Below, one piece after another: positions 1-10,276 of a stretch of DNA of 64,000 nucleotides; position 1 is the first letter of the stretch; every line of letters begins with the position of its first letter. The DNA is from Mobula hypostoma. Taxonomy: Eukaryota. The stretch spans positions 202,804,001-202,868,000 of the forward strand of contig NC_086100.1 in the NCBI RefSeq assembly GCF_963921235.1. Direction: 5' to 3'. The notes beneath the pieces were generated by a model, which had not been told where the DNA came from, made no database searches, and worked only from the letters and a program-made list of their open reading frames with translations. The translations under genes were made by a program, and so were the position numbers.

Positions 1-1550
1 AGGAATATAAAAGTGGATAAGTCTCCGGGTCCTGACAGGATATTCCCTAGGACCTTGAGGGAAGTTAGTGTAGAAATAGCAGGGGCTCTGACAGAAATAT
101 TTCAAGTGTCATTAGAAATGGGGATGGTGCCGGAGGATTGGCGTATTGCTCATGTGGTTCCATTGTTTAAAAAGGGTTCTAAGAGTAAACCTAGCAATTA
201 TCAGCCTGTGAGTTTGACGTCAGTGGTGGGTAAATTGATGGAAAGTATTCTTAGAGATGGTATATATAATTATCTGGATAGATAGGGTCTGATTAGGAAG
301 TCAACATGGATTTGTGTGTGGAAGGTCTTGTTTGACAAATATAATTGAATTTTTTGAAGAGGTTACTTGGAAAGTTGATGAGGGTAAAGCAGTGGATGTT
401 GTCTATATGGACTTCAGTAAGGCCTTTGACAAGGTTCCACACGTAAGGTTAGTTAGGAAGATTCGATCGTTAGGTATTAATATTGAAGTAGTAAAATGGA
501 TTCAGCAGTGGCTGAATGGGAGACACCAGAGAGTAGTGGTGGATAACTGTTTGTCAGATTGGAGGCCGGTGACTAGTCGTGTGCCTCAGGGATCTGTACT
601 GGGTCTAATATTGTTTGTCATATACATTAATGATCTGGATGATGGGGTGGTAAATTGGATTAGTAAGTATGCAGTTGATACTAAGATAGGTGGTGTTGTG
701 GATAATGAAGTAGGTTTTCAAAGCTTGCAGAGACATTGAGGCCAGTTAGAAGAGTGGGCTGAAAGATGGCAGATGGAGTTTAATGCTGATAAATGTGAGG
801 TGCTACATTTGGGTAGGACTAATCAAAATAGGCCATACATGGTAAATGGTAGGGCACTGAAGAATGCAGTAGTTCCCTGAAGGTGGATCTCACGTGGATA
901 GGGTGGTGAAGAAAGCTTTTGGTATGCTGGCCTTTATAAATCAGAGCAATGAGTATAGGAGTTGGGATGTAATGTTAAAATTGTACAAGGCATTGGTAAG
1001 GCCAAATTTGGAGTTTTGTGTCCAGTTCTGGTCACCCAATTATAGGAAAGATGTCAACAAAATAGAGAGGGTACAGAGATTTACTGGAATGTTACCTGGA
1101 TTTCAACACCTAAGTTACAGAGAAAGGTTGAACAAGTTGGGCCTTTATTCTTTGAGCATAGAAGGTTGAGGGGCGACTTAATAGAGGTATTTAAAATTAT
1201 GAGGGGGATAGATAGAGTTGACGTGGATAGGCTTTTTCCATTGAGAGTGGGGGAGATTCAAACAAGAGGACATGAGTTGAGAGTTGGGGGCAAAAGTTTA
1301 GGGGTAACACATGGGGGAACTTCTTTACTCAGAGAGTGGTAGCTGTGTGGAACGACCTTCCAGCAGAAGTGGTAGAGGCAGGTTCAATATTGTCATTTAA
1401 GGTAAAATTGGATAGCTATATGGACAGGAAAGGAATGGAGGGTTATGGGCTGAGTGCAGGTCGATAGGACTAGGTGAGAGTAGCGTTCAGCACGGACTAG
1501 AAGGGTCGAGATGGTCTGTTTCCATGCTGTAATTGTTATATGGTTATATG
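1..1550 (+). mobile_element. CR1-clade LINE, 3' half of ORF2 (RT and C-terminus) with 3' tail; disrupted
   Basis: ORF pieces [49 protein letters not shown] and LVRPNLEFCVQFWSP, broken by stops and frameshifts. Ends in a short tandem tail (GTTATATG)2. Runs off the left edge. Confidence 0.95.
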
Positions 1551-1555
1551 GACTA

Positions 1556-1895
1556 ACCTCAATCAGTCCATGACCATCCAAATATCTTGTATATTCGGTT
1601 CCTTAGAATACCTTCCAATAACTTTCCCACATCTGATGTCAGACTCAACAGCCTATAATTTTCTGATTTAAGTTTAGAGACTTTCTTAAACAACACAACA
1701 TTGGCTAACCTCCAATCCTCTGGTACCTCTCCTGTATCTAAGGATGATTTATATATCCTGGCTAGGGCTCCAAAGTTTTTACACTTACCTCTCGTCGGGT
1801 CCAAGGGAACACCTTGTCAGGCCCTGGGGATTTATCCACCCTGATTTGCCTCAGGGTAGCACACGTATCCTCCTCTGTAATCTATAAAGTCCATA
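1556..1895 (-). mobile_element. CR1 LINE ORF2 fragment
   Basis: ORF 1559..1804: SLDTGEVPEDWRLANVVLFKK..NYRLLSLTSDVGKLLE. Confidence 0.9.
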
Positions 1896-1899
1896 GGCT

Positions 1900-2090
1900 C
1901 TTTATAAAAGTCTGAGGGACAATGGGCTGTTTCAGAGAGATGTTACAGATGTTCGTTGGGATCTCTGTTAAGTGGGCTGCACAATCCCTCAGCATGTGAC
2001 CAGGCACGTTATCAGACCCTGCGGCTTTACACAGGTTGACCCTGGCTCGGGTCTTCCTCACATCAGCTACGGCCAGACATTGTCTGCCCA
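1900..2090 (-). mobile_element. Rex1/Babar-like LINE RT fragment
   Basis: KAAGSDNVPGHMLRDCAAHLTEI..NISLKQPIVPQTF matches the KAAGPD pre-RT motif. Confidence 0.7.
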
Positions 2091-2606
2091 TATTTCATTC
2101 TGATCCAGATCCTATTGAATTCTTCAACAACTTTTCTTACCATCCACAACTACATCAGTTTTTTCGTCATCTGCAAACATTCAGCCAGTCTGCATTTCCC
2201 TGCAAGTTTATCATTAAAAATCATTTAAACATCTTTAAAACATTATATTTTAACCAAATTGCAGTCATGGAATCTACAGTGATGTACTCTTCCAGCCCAC
2301 CTTGCTCACCACCTCCATCACACTGTTCACTCAAACCAAAATGGGACACGTTGAGTTCTTCACAAAGATTGTCTGCTACTCCAGGTCCCAGTATCTGTAG
2401 GCTCATGTGTCTACACCAGACCTTTTCTGCTTACATTAGGCCCGTGATGTGGATTACCTAATTCAAATTCAATTCCATCTGCACATCTTCGCCCATTTAC
2501 TTAGTTTGTCCACGTCCCCTGAAGCTCTGAAGATTCTCACGAACACCAAGTTTTGCATCAGTTGTAACTTATGTATAGCGCAAACTGAGGGACTTTAGTC
2601 AAGGAG

Positions 2607-2700
2607 GACGCTCCCTCAGCGCCGCTCCCCGCCCCCTCCCCCGACGCTCCCTCGGCGCCGCTCCCCGCCCCTCCCCCCGACGCTCCCTCAGCGCCGCCCC
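2607..2700. repeat. 36-bp GC-rich tandem repeat, about 2.6 copies
   Basis: Unit GACGCTCCCTC(A/G)GCGCCGCTCCCCGCCCC..CCCC starts at 2607, 2643 and 2679. Confidence 0.9.
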
Positions 2701-2775
2701 TGAACATGTGAGTTCAGATTTCTGCAGAGTTGGGCTGAGACTCCGATAAGCTGTTCCCGTTCGCCCCCCCGGTAC

Positions 2776-2847
2776 CTGCAGACTCTCGGCCATCTGGCGG
2801 ATGTAGAGCAGGTTGAGGTCCTCCATGATCCGGATGGTTTCGTCCAT
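2776..2847 (-). CDS. RTKN: First coding exon (24 aa, phase 0) of a rhotekin-family Rho effector, RTKN or possibly RTKN2; rest of the gene lies left of the window
   Basis: MDETIRIMEDLNLLYIRQMAESLQ closely resembles the mammalian rhotekin short-isoform N-terminus as I recall it (MQDRLRILEDLNMLYIRQMALSLE, same length). Strong Kozak (GGA ATG G), in-frame upstream TAA at 2859-2857, splice donor CAG|GTACCG at 2776/2775, located in a CpG island. Confidence 0.8.
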
Positions 2848-2856
2848 TCCTGCCGC

Positions 2857-2886
2857 TTACTCCTCGCCCCCGGCTGTGCGAGACAT
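2857..2886 (-). other. Upstream ORF (MSRTAGGEE*) in the putative 5' UTR
   Basis: GCC ATG TCT CGC ACA GCC GGG GGC GAG GAG TAA; same frame as the main ATG and stops 9 nt before it. Confidence 0.55.
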
Positions 2887-3424
2887 GGCCACGGTCTGTC
2901 CCGTGTCCGGACGCGGCCCCGCGAGGCACTGAGCGGGTCCGAATCTCGGTCCAGCCGCGGTGTCAGCCCCGCCTGGCCCCGCACAGCCCCAGCCCCAGCC
3001 TGCGCCTCCCACAAGCATTCATTCGCTACCAGCTGCGCATTCTTCGCCCACAGGAAGCGGCTGTGTGAATGCAGCCTCTCACTCTGCACACACTAGCGCC
3101 ATTCACTGCGGCAGCAGCGGCAGTATCATCCCGCACAACTCGGGCAACTAAGCAACAGTTCGGCTGGAAGACCGTCCTCGGCGTCTGTTAACCCTACCTC
3201 CGCAGATGCAGAGCAACTCCACACAAAACCAGGCCCCTCGGCCCCACTCGTCAATGCTAACCATTTGCTTGCGTTTTGCCTTTCTCGTCTGTCAGCTGAG
3301 CAAATGCCTTTGAAAAGCTGTTACTGTAAGAACTTGCCGCCTAGTTTTTCCCTCAACTCAAACCTACGCTCAGTGCCACTTTATTAGATACAGGGGTGGA
3401 ACCAGTGTGATCTGCTGCTGAACA

Positions 3425-3715
3425 CAAGGCGCTGGAAATGCACAGCAACACACAAAATGCTGGAGGAAATATCAGGTCAGGCAGCGTCTGTGGAAATGAA
3501 TAAACAGTCAACATTTCAGCTGAGACCATCAGGATAAACACGAGATTCTGCAGATGTTGAAAATCCACAACAACACACAGACTCCTGGAGGAAATCAGCA
3601 GGTCAGACAGCATCAATGGAAATGGTTAAACAGTTGGTATTTTGGGCTGACACCCATCACCAGCACCCTTTACCATCAGTCCTGATCAAGGATATTGGCC
3701 TGAAGCATCGATGGC
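3425..3715. repeat. Penelope-derived pseudo-LTR-like repeat, two partial tandem copies
   Basis: Repeated ACACACAAAATGCTGGAGGAA..CAGGTCAG(G/A)CAGC module plus a degenerate CTGAT..GAA core at 3679-3710; family assignment is from recall. Confidence 0.55.
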
Positions 3716-3917
3716 CACAGAGTAGCATTATGACAGCCCCAGACATCGGAGTTGGGAGTTCAAGTTCAATTCCAACGTCATCTGTAAGGTGTTTGTACAT
3801 TCTTCCCATGAACATGTGGATTTCCTCTGGGTCCTTCGTTTCCTCCAAATGTCCAAAGAGAACCAGTTAGTCGGGTAATTGGTCATTGTAAATTATCCGG
3901 TGATTAGGCTAGGGTAA
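3716..3917 (+). mobile_element. tRNA-derived V-SINE-like element, 5' part; its 3' tail resumes at about 6695-6780
   Basis: B-box-like GTTCAATTCC and V-domain-like TGGATTTCCTCTGGGTCCTTCGTTTCCTCC..TCCAAAGA. CR1-type tail GAAGGGCCTGTT..GTATCTCTAAAT follows the CR1 insertion. Confidence 0.65.
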
Positions 3918-4291
3918 AAGGGATCCTATTCTGGCTGGCTGCCGGTTACCAGTGGAGTTCCACAGGGGTCGGTGTTGGGACTGCTGCTTTTTACAATGTA
4001 GGTCAATGATTTGGACTATGGGATGAATGGATTTGCGGCTAAATTTGCCGAAGATACAGAGATAGGTGGAGCAGCAGGTAGAGTTGAGGAAACAGAGACC
4101 CTGCAGAGAGATTTAGATAGTTTAGGGGAATGGGCAAATAAGTGGAAAATGAAATACAACGTTGGAAAGTGTATTGTCATGCACTTTGGTGGAAAAAATA
4201 AACAGGCAGACTATTATTTAGATGAGGAGAGAATTCAGAATGCAGGGATGCAAAGGGACTTGGGAGTCCTTGTGCAGGATACCCTAAGGTT

Positions 4292-5243
4292 CCACAGGAG
4301 ATTGACTTGTCTCCCTTTCTCTTCACCATTTACACCTCGGACTTCAACTACTGCACAGAGTCTTGTCATCTTCAGAAGTTTTCTGATGACTCTGCCATAG
4401 TTGGATGCATCAGCAAGGGAGATGAGGCTAAGTACAGGGCTACGGTAGGAAACTTTGTCACATGGTGTGAGCAGAATTATCTGCAGCTTAATGCGAAAAA
4501 GACTAAGGAGCTGGTGGTAGACCTGAGGAGAGCTAAGGTACCGGTGACCCCTGTTTCCATCCAGGGGGTCAGTGTGGACATGGTGGAGGATTACAAATAC
4601 CTGGGGATACGAATTGACAATAAACTGGACTGGTCAAAGAACACTGAGGCTGTCTACAAGAAGGGTCAGAGCCGTCTCTATTTCCTGAGGAGACTGCGGT
4701 CCTTTAACATCTGTCGGACGATGCTGAGGATGTTCTACGAGTCTGTGGTGGCCAGTGTGATCATGTTTGCTGTTGTGTGCTGGGGCAGCAGGCTGAGGGT
4801 AGCAGACACCAACATAGTCAACAAACTCATTCGTAAGGCCAGTGATGTTGTGGGGATGGAACTGGACTCTGACGGTGGTGTCTGAAAAGAGGATGCTGTC
4901 CAAGTTGCATGCCATCTTGGACAATGTCTCCCATCCACTACATAATGTACTGGTTGGGCACAGGAGTACATTCAGCCAGAGACTCATTCCACCGAGATGC
5001 AACACAGAGCGTCATAGGAAGTCATTCCTGCCTGTGGCCATCAAACTTTACAACTCCTTCCTTGGAGGGTCAGACACCCTGAGCCAATAGGCTGGTCTTG
5101 GACTTACTTCCTGGCATAATTTACATATTACTATTTAATTATTTATGGTTTTATTACTACTTAATTAGTTATGGTGCAACTGTAACGAAAACCAATTTCC
5201 CCTGGGATCAATAAAGTATGACTACGACTATGATTATGACTAT
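4292..5243 (+). mobile_element. Rex1/Babar LINE 3' part, relatively young
   Basis: ORF 4307..4885: SPFLFTIYTSD..LQKFSDDSAIVG..KKGQSRLYFLRRL. AATAAA plus (ATGACT)n tail. Apparent TSD AGGTT at 4287-4291 and 5244-5248. Confidence 0.9.
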
Positions 5244-5501
5244 AGGTTAACCTCCAGGTTGAACTGGTGGTGAAGAAGGTGAAGGCAATGTTGGCATTCA
5301 TTTCTAGAGGTATAGAATACAAGAACAGGGATGTGTTGTTGAGGCTCTATAAGGCACTTGTGAGACCACACTTGGAGTATTGTGTACAGTTTTGGGCTCC
5401 TTATTTCAGAAGGGATGTTCTGACATTGGAGAGGGTTCGGAGAAGATTCATGAGAATGATTCCAGGAATGAAAGGGTTACTGTATGAGGAATGTCTGACA
5501 G

Positions 5502-6280
5502 CATTGAATTGACTTTATTTCTTACATTCTTCACATACATGAGGAGTAAAAATCTTTACATTACATCTTCATCTAAATGTGTAATGTAATTTATAATAAA
5601 TAGAACAGTCAATGTAATATAGAGTACACTCAAATCAGCGTCAGTTCATCAGTCTGATGGCCTGGTGGAAGAAGCTGTCCCAGAGCCTGTTGGTCCTGGC
5701 TTTTATGCTGCGATACCGTTTCCCGGATGGTAGCAGCTGGAATAGATTGTGGTTGGGGTGACTCAGGTACCCAATGATCCTATGGGCCCTTTTTACAGAC
5801 CTGCCTTTGTAAATGTCCTGAATCATGAGAAGTTCACAACTACCGATGTGCTGGGCTGTCACATCACTCTCTGCAGAGTCCTGTGGTTAAGGGAGGCACA
5901 GTTGGCATACCAGGCAGTGATGCAGTCAGTCAGGATGCTTTCAATTGTGCTCCTGTAGAAAGTTCTTAGGAATTGGGTGCTCATATCAAACTTCCTCAAC
6001 CATCTGAGGTGAAAGAGGAACTGTTGTGCTTTTTTCACCACAGAATTGGAGTGTACAGACCACGTGAGGTCCTCGGTGATATGGATGCTGAGGAACTTAA
6101 AGCTGTTTACTCTCTCAATCCCAGATCCATTGATGTCAATAGAGGTTAGCCTGTCTCCATTCCTCTTGTAATTCACCACCAGCTCCTTTGTTTTTGCAAC
6201 ATTGAGGGAGAGATTCTTTTCTTGATACCACTGTGTCATAGAGATGACTTCTTCCCTATAGGCCACCTCATTATTGTTTG
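5502..6280 (-). mobile_element. Rex1/Babar LINE 3' part
   Basis: NLSLNVAKTKELVV..FKFLSIHITEDLTWS..KKAQQFLFHLR; LLPSGKRYRSI. Confidence 0.88.
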
Positions 6281-7134
6281 AGCTCTTGGACTGTATTCCC
6301 TGGAGTTCAGGAGAATTAGGGGGAATCTCATAGAAAAATTCCAAATATTAAAAGGCTTGAACAGGTTAGGTATGGCAAAGTTATTTTCGATGGTAGGGGA
6401 GTCTAGGACAAGAGGGCACAACTTCAGGATTGAAGGAAGTTCATTTAAAACAGATGCAGAGAAATTACTTTAGTCAGAGGTTGGTAAATCTGTGGAATTT
6501 GTTGCCATGAGCAACAAGTCATTGGGTGCATTTAATGCAGAAATAGATAGGTCCTTGGTTAGCCAGGGCATCAAAAGATATGTGGAGAAGGCAGGGGAGT
6601 GGGGATGACTGGAAGAATTGGATCAGCCCATGATTGAATGCCCGAGGAGACTCAATAGGCCGAATGGCCTACTTCTCCTATATCTTATGGTCGATGGTGT
6701 TAAATCGTTGGGTCGCTGGCCGCAGGGTTTGAAGAGCCAGAAGGGCCTGTTCACCACCGTATCTCTAAATGAAATAAAGAAAGAAATCAGTAGACCAACA
6801 GTTTCTGAAATACTCAAACTACTCCGTTTGGCACCAAGAGTCATTCCACTATCAATGTTACAGATTACATTTCTTCTCCATTCCGATGTTTGGTTTGAAC
6901 TGCAAACGAACCTCTTGACCATCTCTGCATGCTCTCATGTATTGAGCAACTACATGATTGGCTGATTAGATATTTGCATTAACCAGCAGTTGTATAGGTG
7001 TACGTTATAAAGTGACCACTGATTGTATCATAAGATACAGCAAAATGTTTGGTTTTGCGTGCCATACAGATAAATCATTCCAAAAGTATGTTGAGATGGT
7101 ATAAAAGGAAAACAACAACAGAATGTACTCACAT

Positions 7135-7925
7135 TTTAGACTTTCCTACCCTGGAGAGAAAACGATGATATTGATATCATTCATAATTTTACACAAGCTT
7201 ACCCCTCAGTCTCCTGAGCTCTCTGCATATCCAATCTCTCCTTGTAACTAAAGCCAGACAACATCCTGGTGAAACTCCTTGGCATTTTTTCTGGCACTAC
7301 CACAGCCTCCCTGCAGTGTGATGACCAGGGCAGTCAGTGATGTTTCATGTACGTCCTAACCAATGTCTTGTACATCTGCAACATGATGTCCCAACACTTA
7401 TGTCCAGTACTGTTGCTGATAAAAGAAAGCAAGCAAAATACCTTCTTCACTACTCTCCCCACCTCTGTAGCTATTTTTTTTAAGAGCCATGAACTTGCAC
7501 TCCAAGATCCCTGTTATTTACTATACATGTCTGGTGAGGATAAGACGATCCAAAATGCATACCTCACACTTCTCTAGATTAACTAGAGGTCCAGAGAAGG
7601 TTTATAAGAATGATCCAGGAATGAACAAGTTAACATATGAGGAGCATTTGATGGCTCTGACTCTGTACTCACCTGAGTTTAAAAGAATGTTGGTGGGGGC
7701 AGGGGAAATCTCATTGAGACCTATCGAATACTGAAAGGCCTGGATAGAGTGGAAGTGGAGAGGATATTTCCTCTAGTGGGGAAGTCTAGGGCCAAATGGT
7801 ACGGCCTCAGAATAGAAGGGTGTCCCTTAATAGAAGGAATTTATTAGCCAGAGGCTGGTGAATCTGTGGAATTCGTTGCTGCAGACGGCTTTGGAGGACA
7901 AGTCATTGCGTATATTTAAAGCAGA
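7135..7925. mobile_element. Degraded CR1 fragments (minus about 7135-7580, plus about 7585-7925)
   Basis: PGMNKLTYEEHLMALTLYSPEFKR and a GAATCTGTGGAATTC 3' motif. Confidence 0.7.
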
Positions 7926-8115
7926 GATTCATTCAAGTTTAATTGTCATTCAACCGTACACGAATACTCATGAATACAGCCAAATGAAACAGCATTAATC
8001 TGGGGTCAAGATGCAGAACATATTAACAGCAGCCGCACAAAGCACACACAAAGTTAGCTGGCACAAATGGTATCACAGTCATGCAATAAACGAGTCCCAA
8101 AACTTGCACCATCGA

Positions 8116-8321
8116 TGTAAAGTATAGATCTATTTCTTTCTGACTGGTGACTCCCTTAGCATTACTTATGGACTGATAACTTACCTATACACATTGATCT
8201 GTTGTCTACTCATGTGCATTGATCTTTCTCTCACTCTCTCCGCAATGTGAATACACCAGTTAACCTCACCTCCCCTGTGACTGCTTTTATTTAATTGATA
8301 TATAATTGCACAGACGCAACA
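8116..8321 (+). repeat. 5' LTR of the Gypsy element
   Basis: TGTAAAG..GATCTATTTCTTT..GACTCCC..CTGATAACTTACCTA..CAACA; aligns with 13852-14026. Confidence 0.88.
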
Positions 8322-9589
8322 AATTGGCAACCAATAGGAACCTGAAATTCAGCGAATATCACTATCTGCACCAACAGTTACGGGACAACAGACTTTAGAG
8401 AGGAAAGAATTAAAAAGCCAGTAAGCGAGATTGTTCCAATTTTACAAAATCACTCGAGCCCTAAATCACTAGTAATAGCTGAGAGATTTAGATTTTACAA
8501 AAGGAACCAGTCAAAGGATGAAAGCATTTCAGAATATATTGCAGAACTGTGCACGCTTTCCCAATACTGTGACTTTAGAGATTGACTTTCTGATGAATTA
8601 AGGGACAGGCATGGTTGTGGTATGCATAGTCAAAGCACTAAAGACAGCCTACCATCAGAAAGAGACTTAAGCTTAGAATGGACATTGACCATTGCAATAT
8701 TGTTGGAGACTGCAGCAAAGGATGCAGCAGAACTACAGAAAGAGAGTTTAGAATGTGAAATGCACAAAATGTCTCTGAATGCTGCAAAAAGCCAAAAATA
8801 TTATCAATCTGGCAAATCCTCCTATTTTGCATATGACTGTTGATTCAAAGAAAATGTTCGCAGAAAGTGTAACAGACTAAGGGAGGGAGAGGGGGAGTAA
8901 CCATACAGAGTGAAAAGGGTCAAACACAAAACTAAACAAATGTCTAAAGTGACTGAATATGAAATAGAATCAGACAGAACAGAGCCTGACAAAGGTGAGC
9001 TGTCATCCTACACCTGCTGTACATAGCAAACCGAAGCAGATCAGAAAATCATATGGATCACAATAGATGTGTCTGGTGTAAAACTAAAAATGGAGCTGGA
9101 TAGAGAATCACCTTTGTCTATAACTTCTGAGGCTGATTACAACATACTGTTTACTAAGCTACCATTAGAAAAGACCTCAGTGATGCTAAAGACCTACACC
9201 AGTGAAAAGGTGTCTCCCAAAGGCAAACTGAAAGTGAGTGTGATGCATGGAGGCCAAACACAGCAGTTAGACCTTTATATATTGAAAAGTGGAGGTTCAG
9301 CACCTTTCAAACATGAATAATTGAGAAAAATCCAACTAGACTGGCACACAGTGAAAGGTCTCAATGTGTGATCAACAAGCAACTGCAACCCAAAATGAGC
9401 ACTAATCAGAGTCTGTCACAGCTGCTTAATGCTAATGAGAAGGTATTCGAGAAAGATACTGATAAACTCAAAGGTGTGAAAGCCAGATTTAACTGGGTGA
9501 AGCAGCAACACCAAGATTCCATAAAGTGTATCCAGTGCCTTATGCATGACATTTTAAAACAAATGTTATGGCATTTCCAATATGCCTTA

Positions 9590-10230
9590 AGGCAATTGCA
9601 ATGTTAGCATTCATTTCAAGAGTTCTAGAATACAGGAGTATGGAGGTGATGCTGAGGCTTTATAAGATTCTGGTAAGGCCTCACCTTGAGTACTGTGAAC
9701 AGTTTTGGGCTCCTCATCTAAGAAAAGATGTGCTGGCATTGGAGAGGGTTCAAAGGAGGTTTACAAGGATGATTCTCGGAATGAAAGGGTTATCATACAA
9801 GGAACGTTTGATGGCTCTGGGTCTGTCCTCACTGGAATTTAGAAGGATGCAGTGGTGGGGGGGAAGGTGGATCTCATTGAAACTCTTCGAACGTTGAAAG
9901 GATGTTTTCCATGATGGGGGAGTCTGAGATAGAAGGGCACAGCCTCAGGATAGAGGGGTATTCATTTAAAACAGAGATGCGGAGAAATTTCTTTGGCTGG
10001 ATGGTGGTGAATTTATGGAATTTATTACCACAGCTAGCTGCAGAAGCTAGGTCAGTGGGTGAATTTAAGGCAGAGCTTGTTAGATTCTTGATTGGACACA
10101 GCATCAAAGGTTATGGGGAGCAGGCCGAGAGTGGGGCTGAGGCAGAGAAAAAATGATCAGCCATGATTGGATGACACAGTAGAGTTGATGGGCTGAATGG
10201 CCTGATTCTGCTTGTGTGTCTTATGGTCTT
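9590..10230 (+). mobile_element. CR1 3' fragment inserted in the Gypsy pol
   Basis: ILVRPHLEYCEQFWAP, tail TCTTATGGTCTTA, flanking CTTAAGG duplication. Confidence 0.9.
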
Positions 10231-10276
10231 AAGGTTGATGCTGAACCTCTGAGTCTGGCATTCTCTCCAAGGCTGA

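Larger units (their letters stand above)
2600..3190 (-). promoter_or_regulatory. CpG island, putative promoter and first exon of the rhotekin-family gene
   Basis: Dense CpG and GC-box (GGGGCGGGG) content in an otherwise CpG-depleted window; non-TE sequence that surrounds the coding exon. Confidence 0.7.
3918..6690 (+). mobile_element. CR1 LINE (family B), 5'-truncated, interrupted twice by Rex1/Babar LINEs
   Basis: [18 protein letters not shown] and LVRPHLEYCVQFWAP motifs; tail TATCTTATGGTC. Confidence 0.92.
3367..7025 (-). mobile_element. Tc1-family DNA transposon; both ends present, interior occupied by nested insertions
   Basis: TA|CGCTCAGTGCCACTTTATTAG at 3365-3387 and inverted ATAAAGTGACCACTGATTG|TA at 7007-7027. 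Minus strand 6790-6900 encodes a Tc1 N-terminal remnant (DSGMTLGAKRSSLSISETVGLL). Confidence 0.75.

Noticed and set aside
3740..3780. tRNA gene suggested by a B-box-like motif
   Set aside because: No cloverleaf; it is the head of a SINE.
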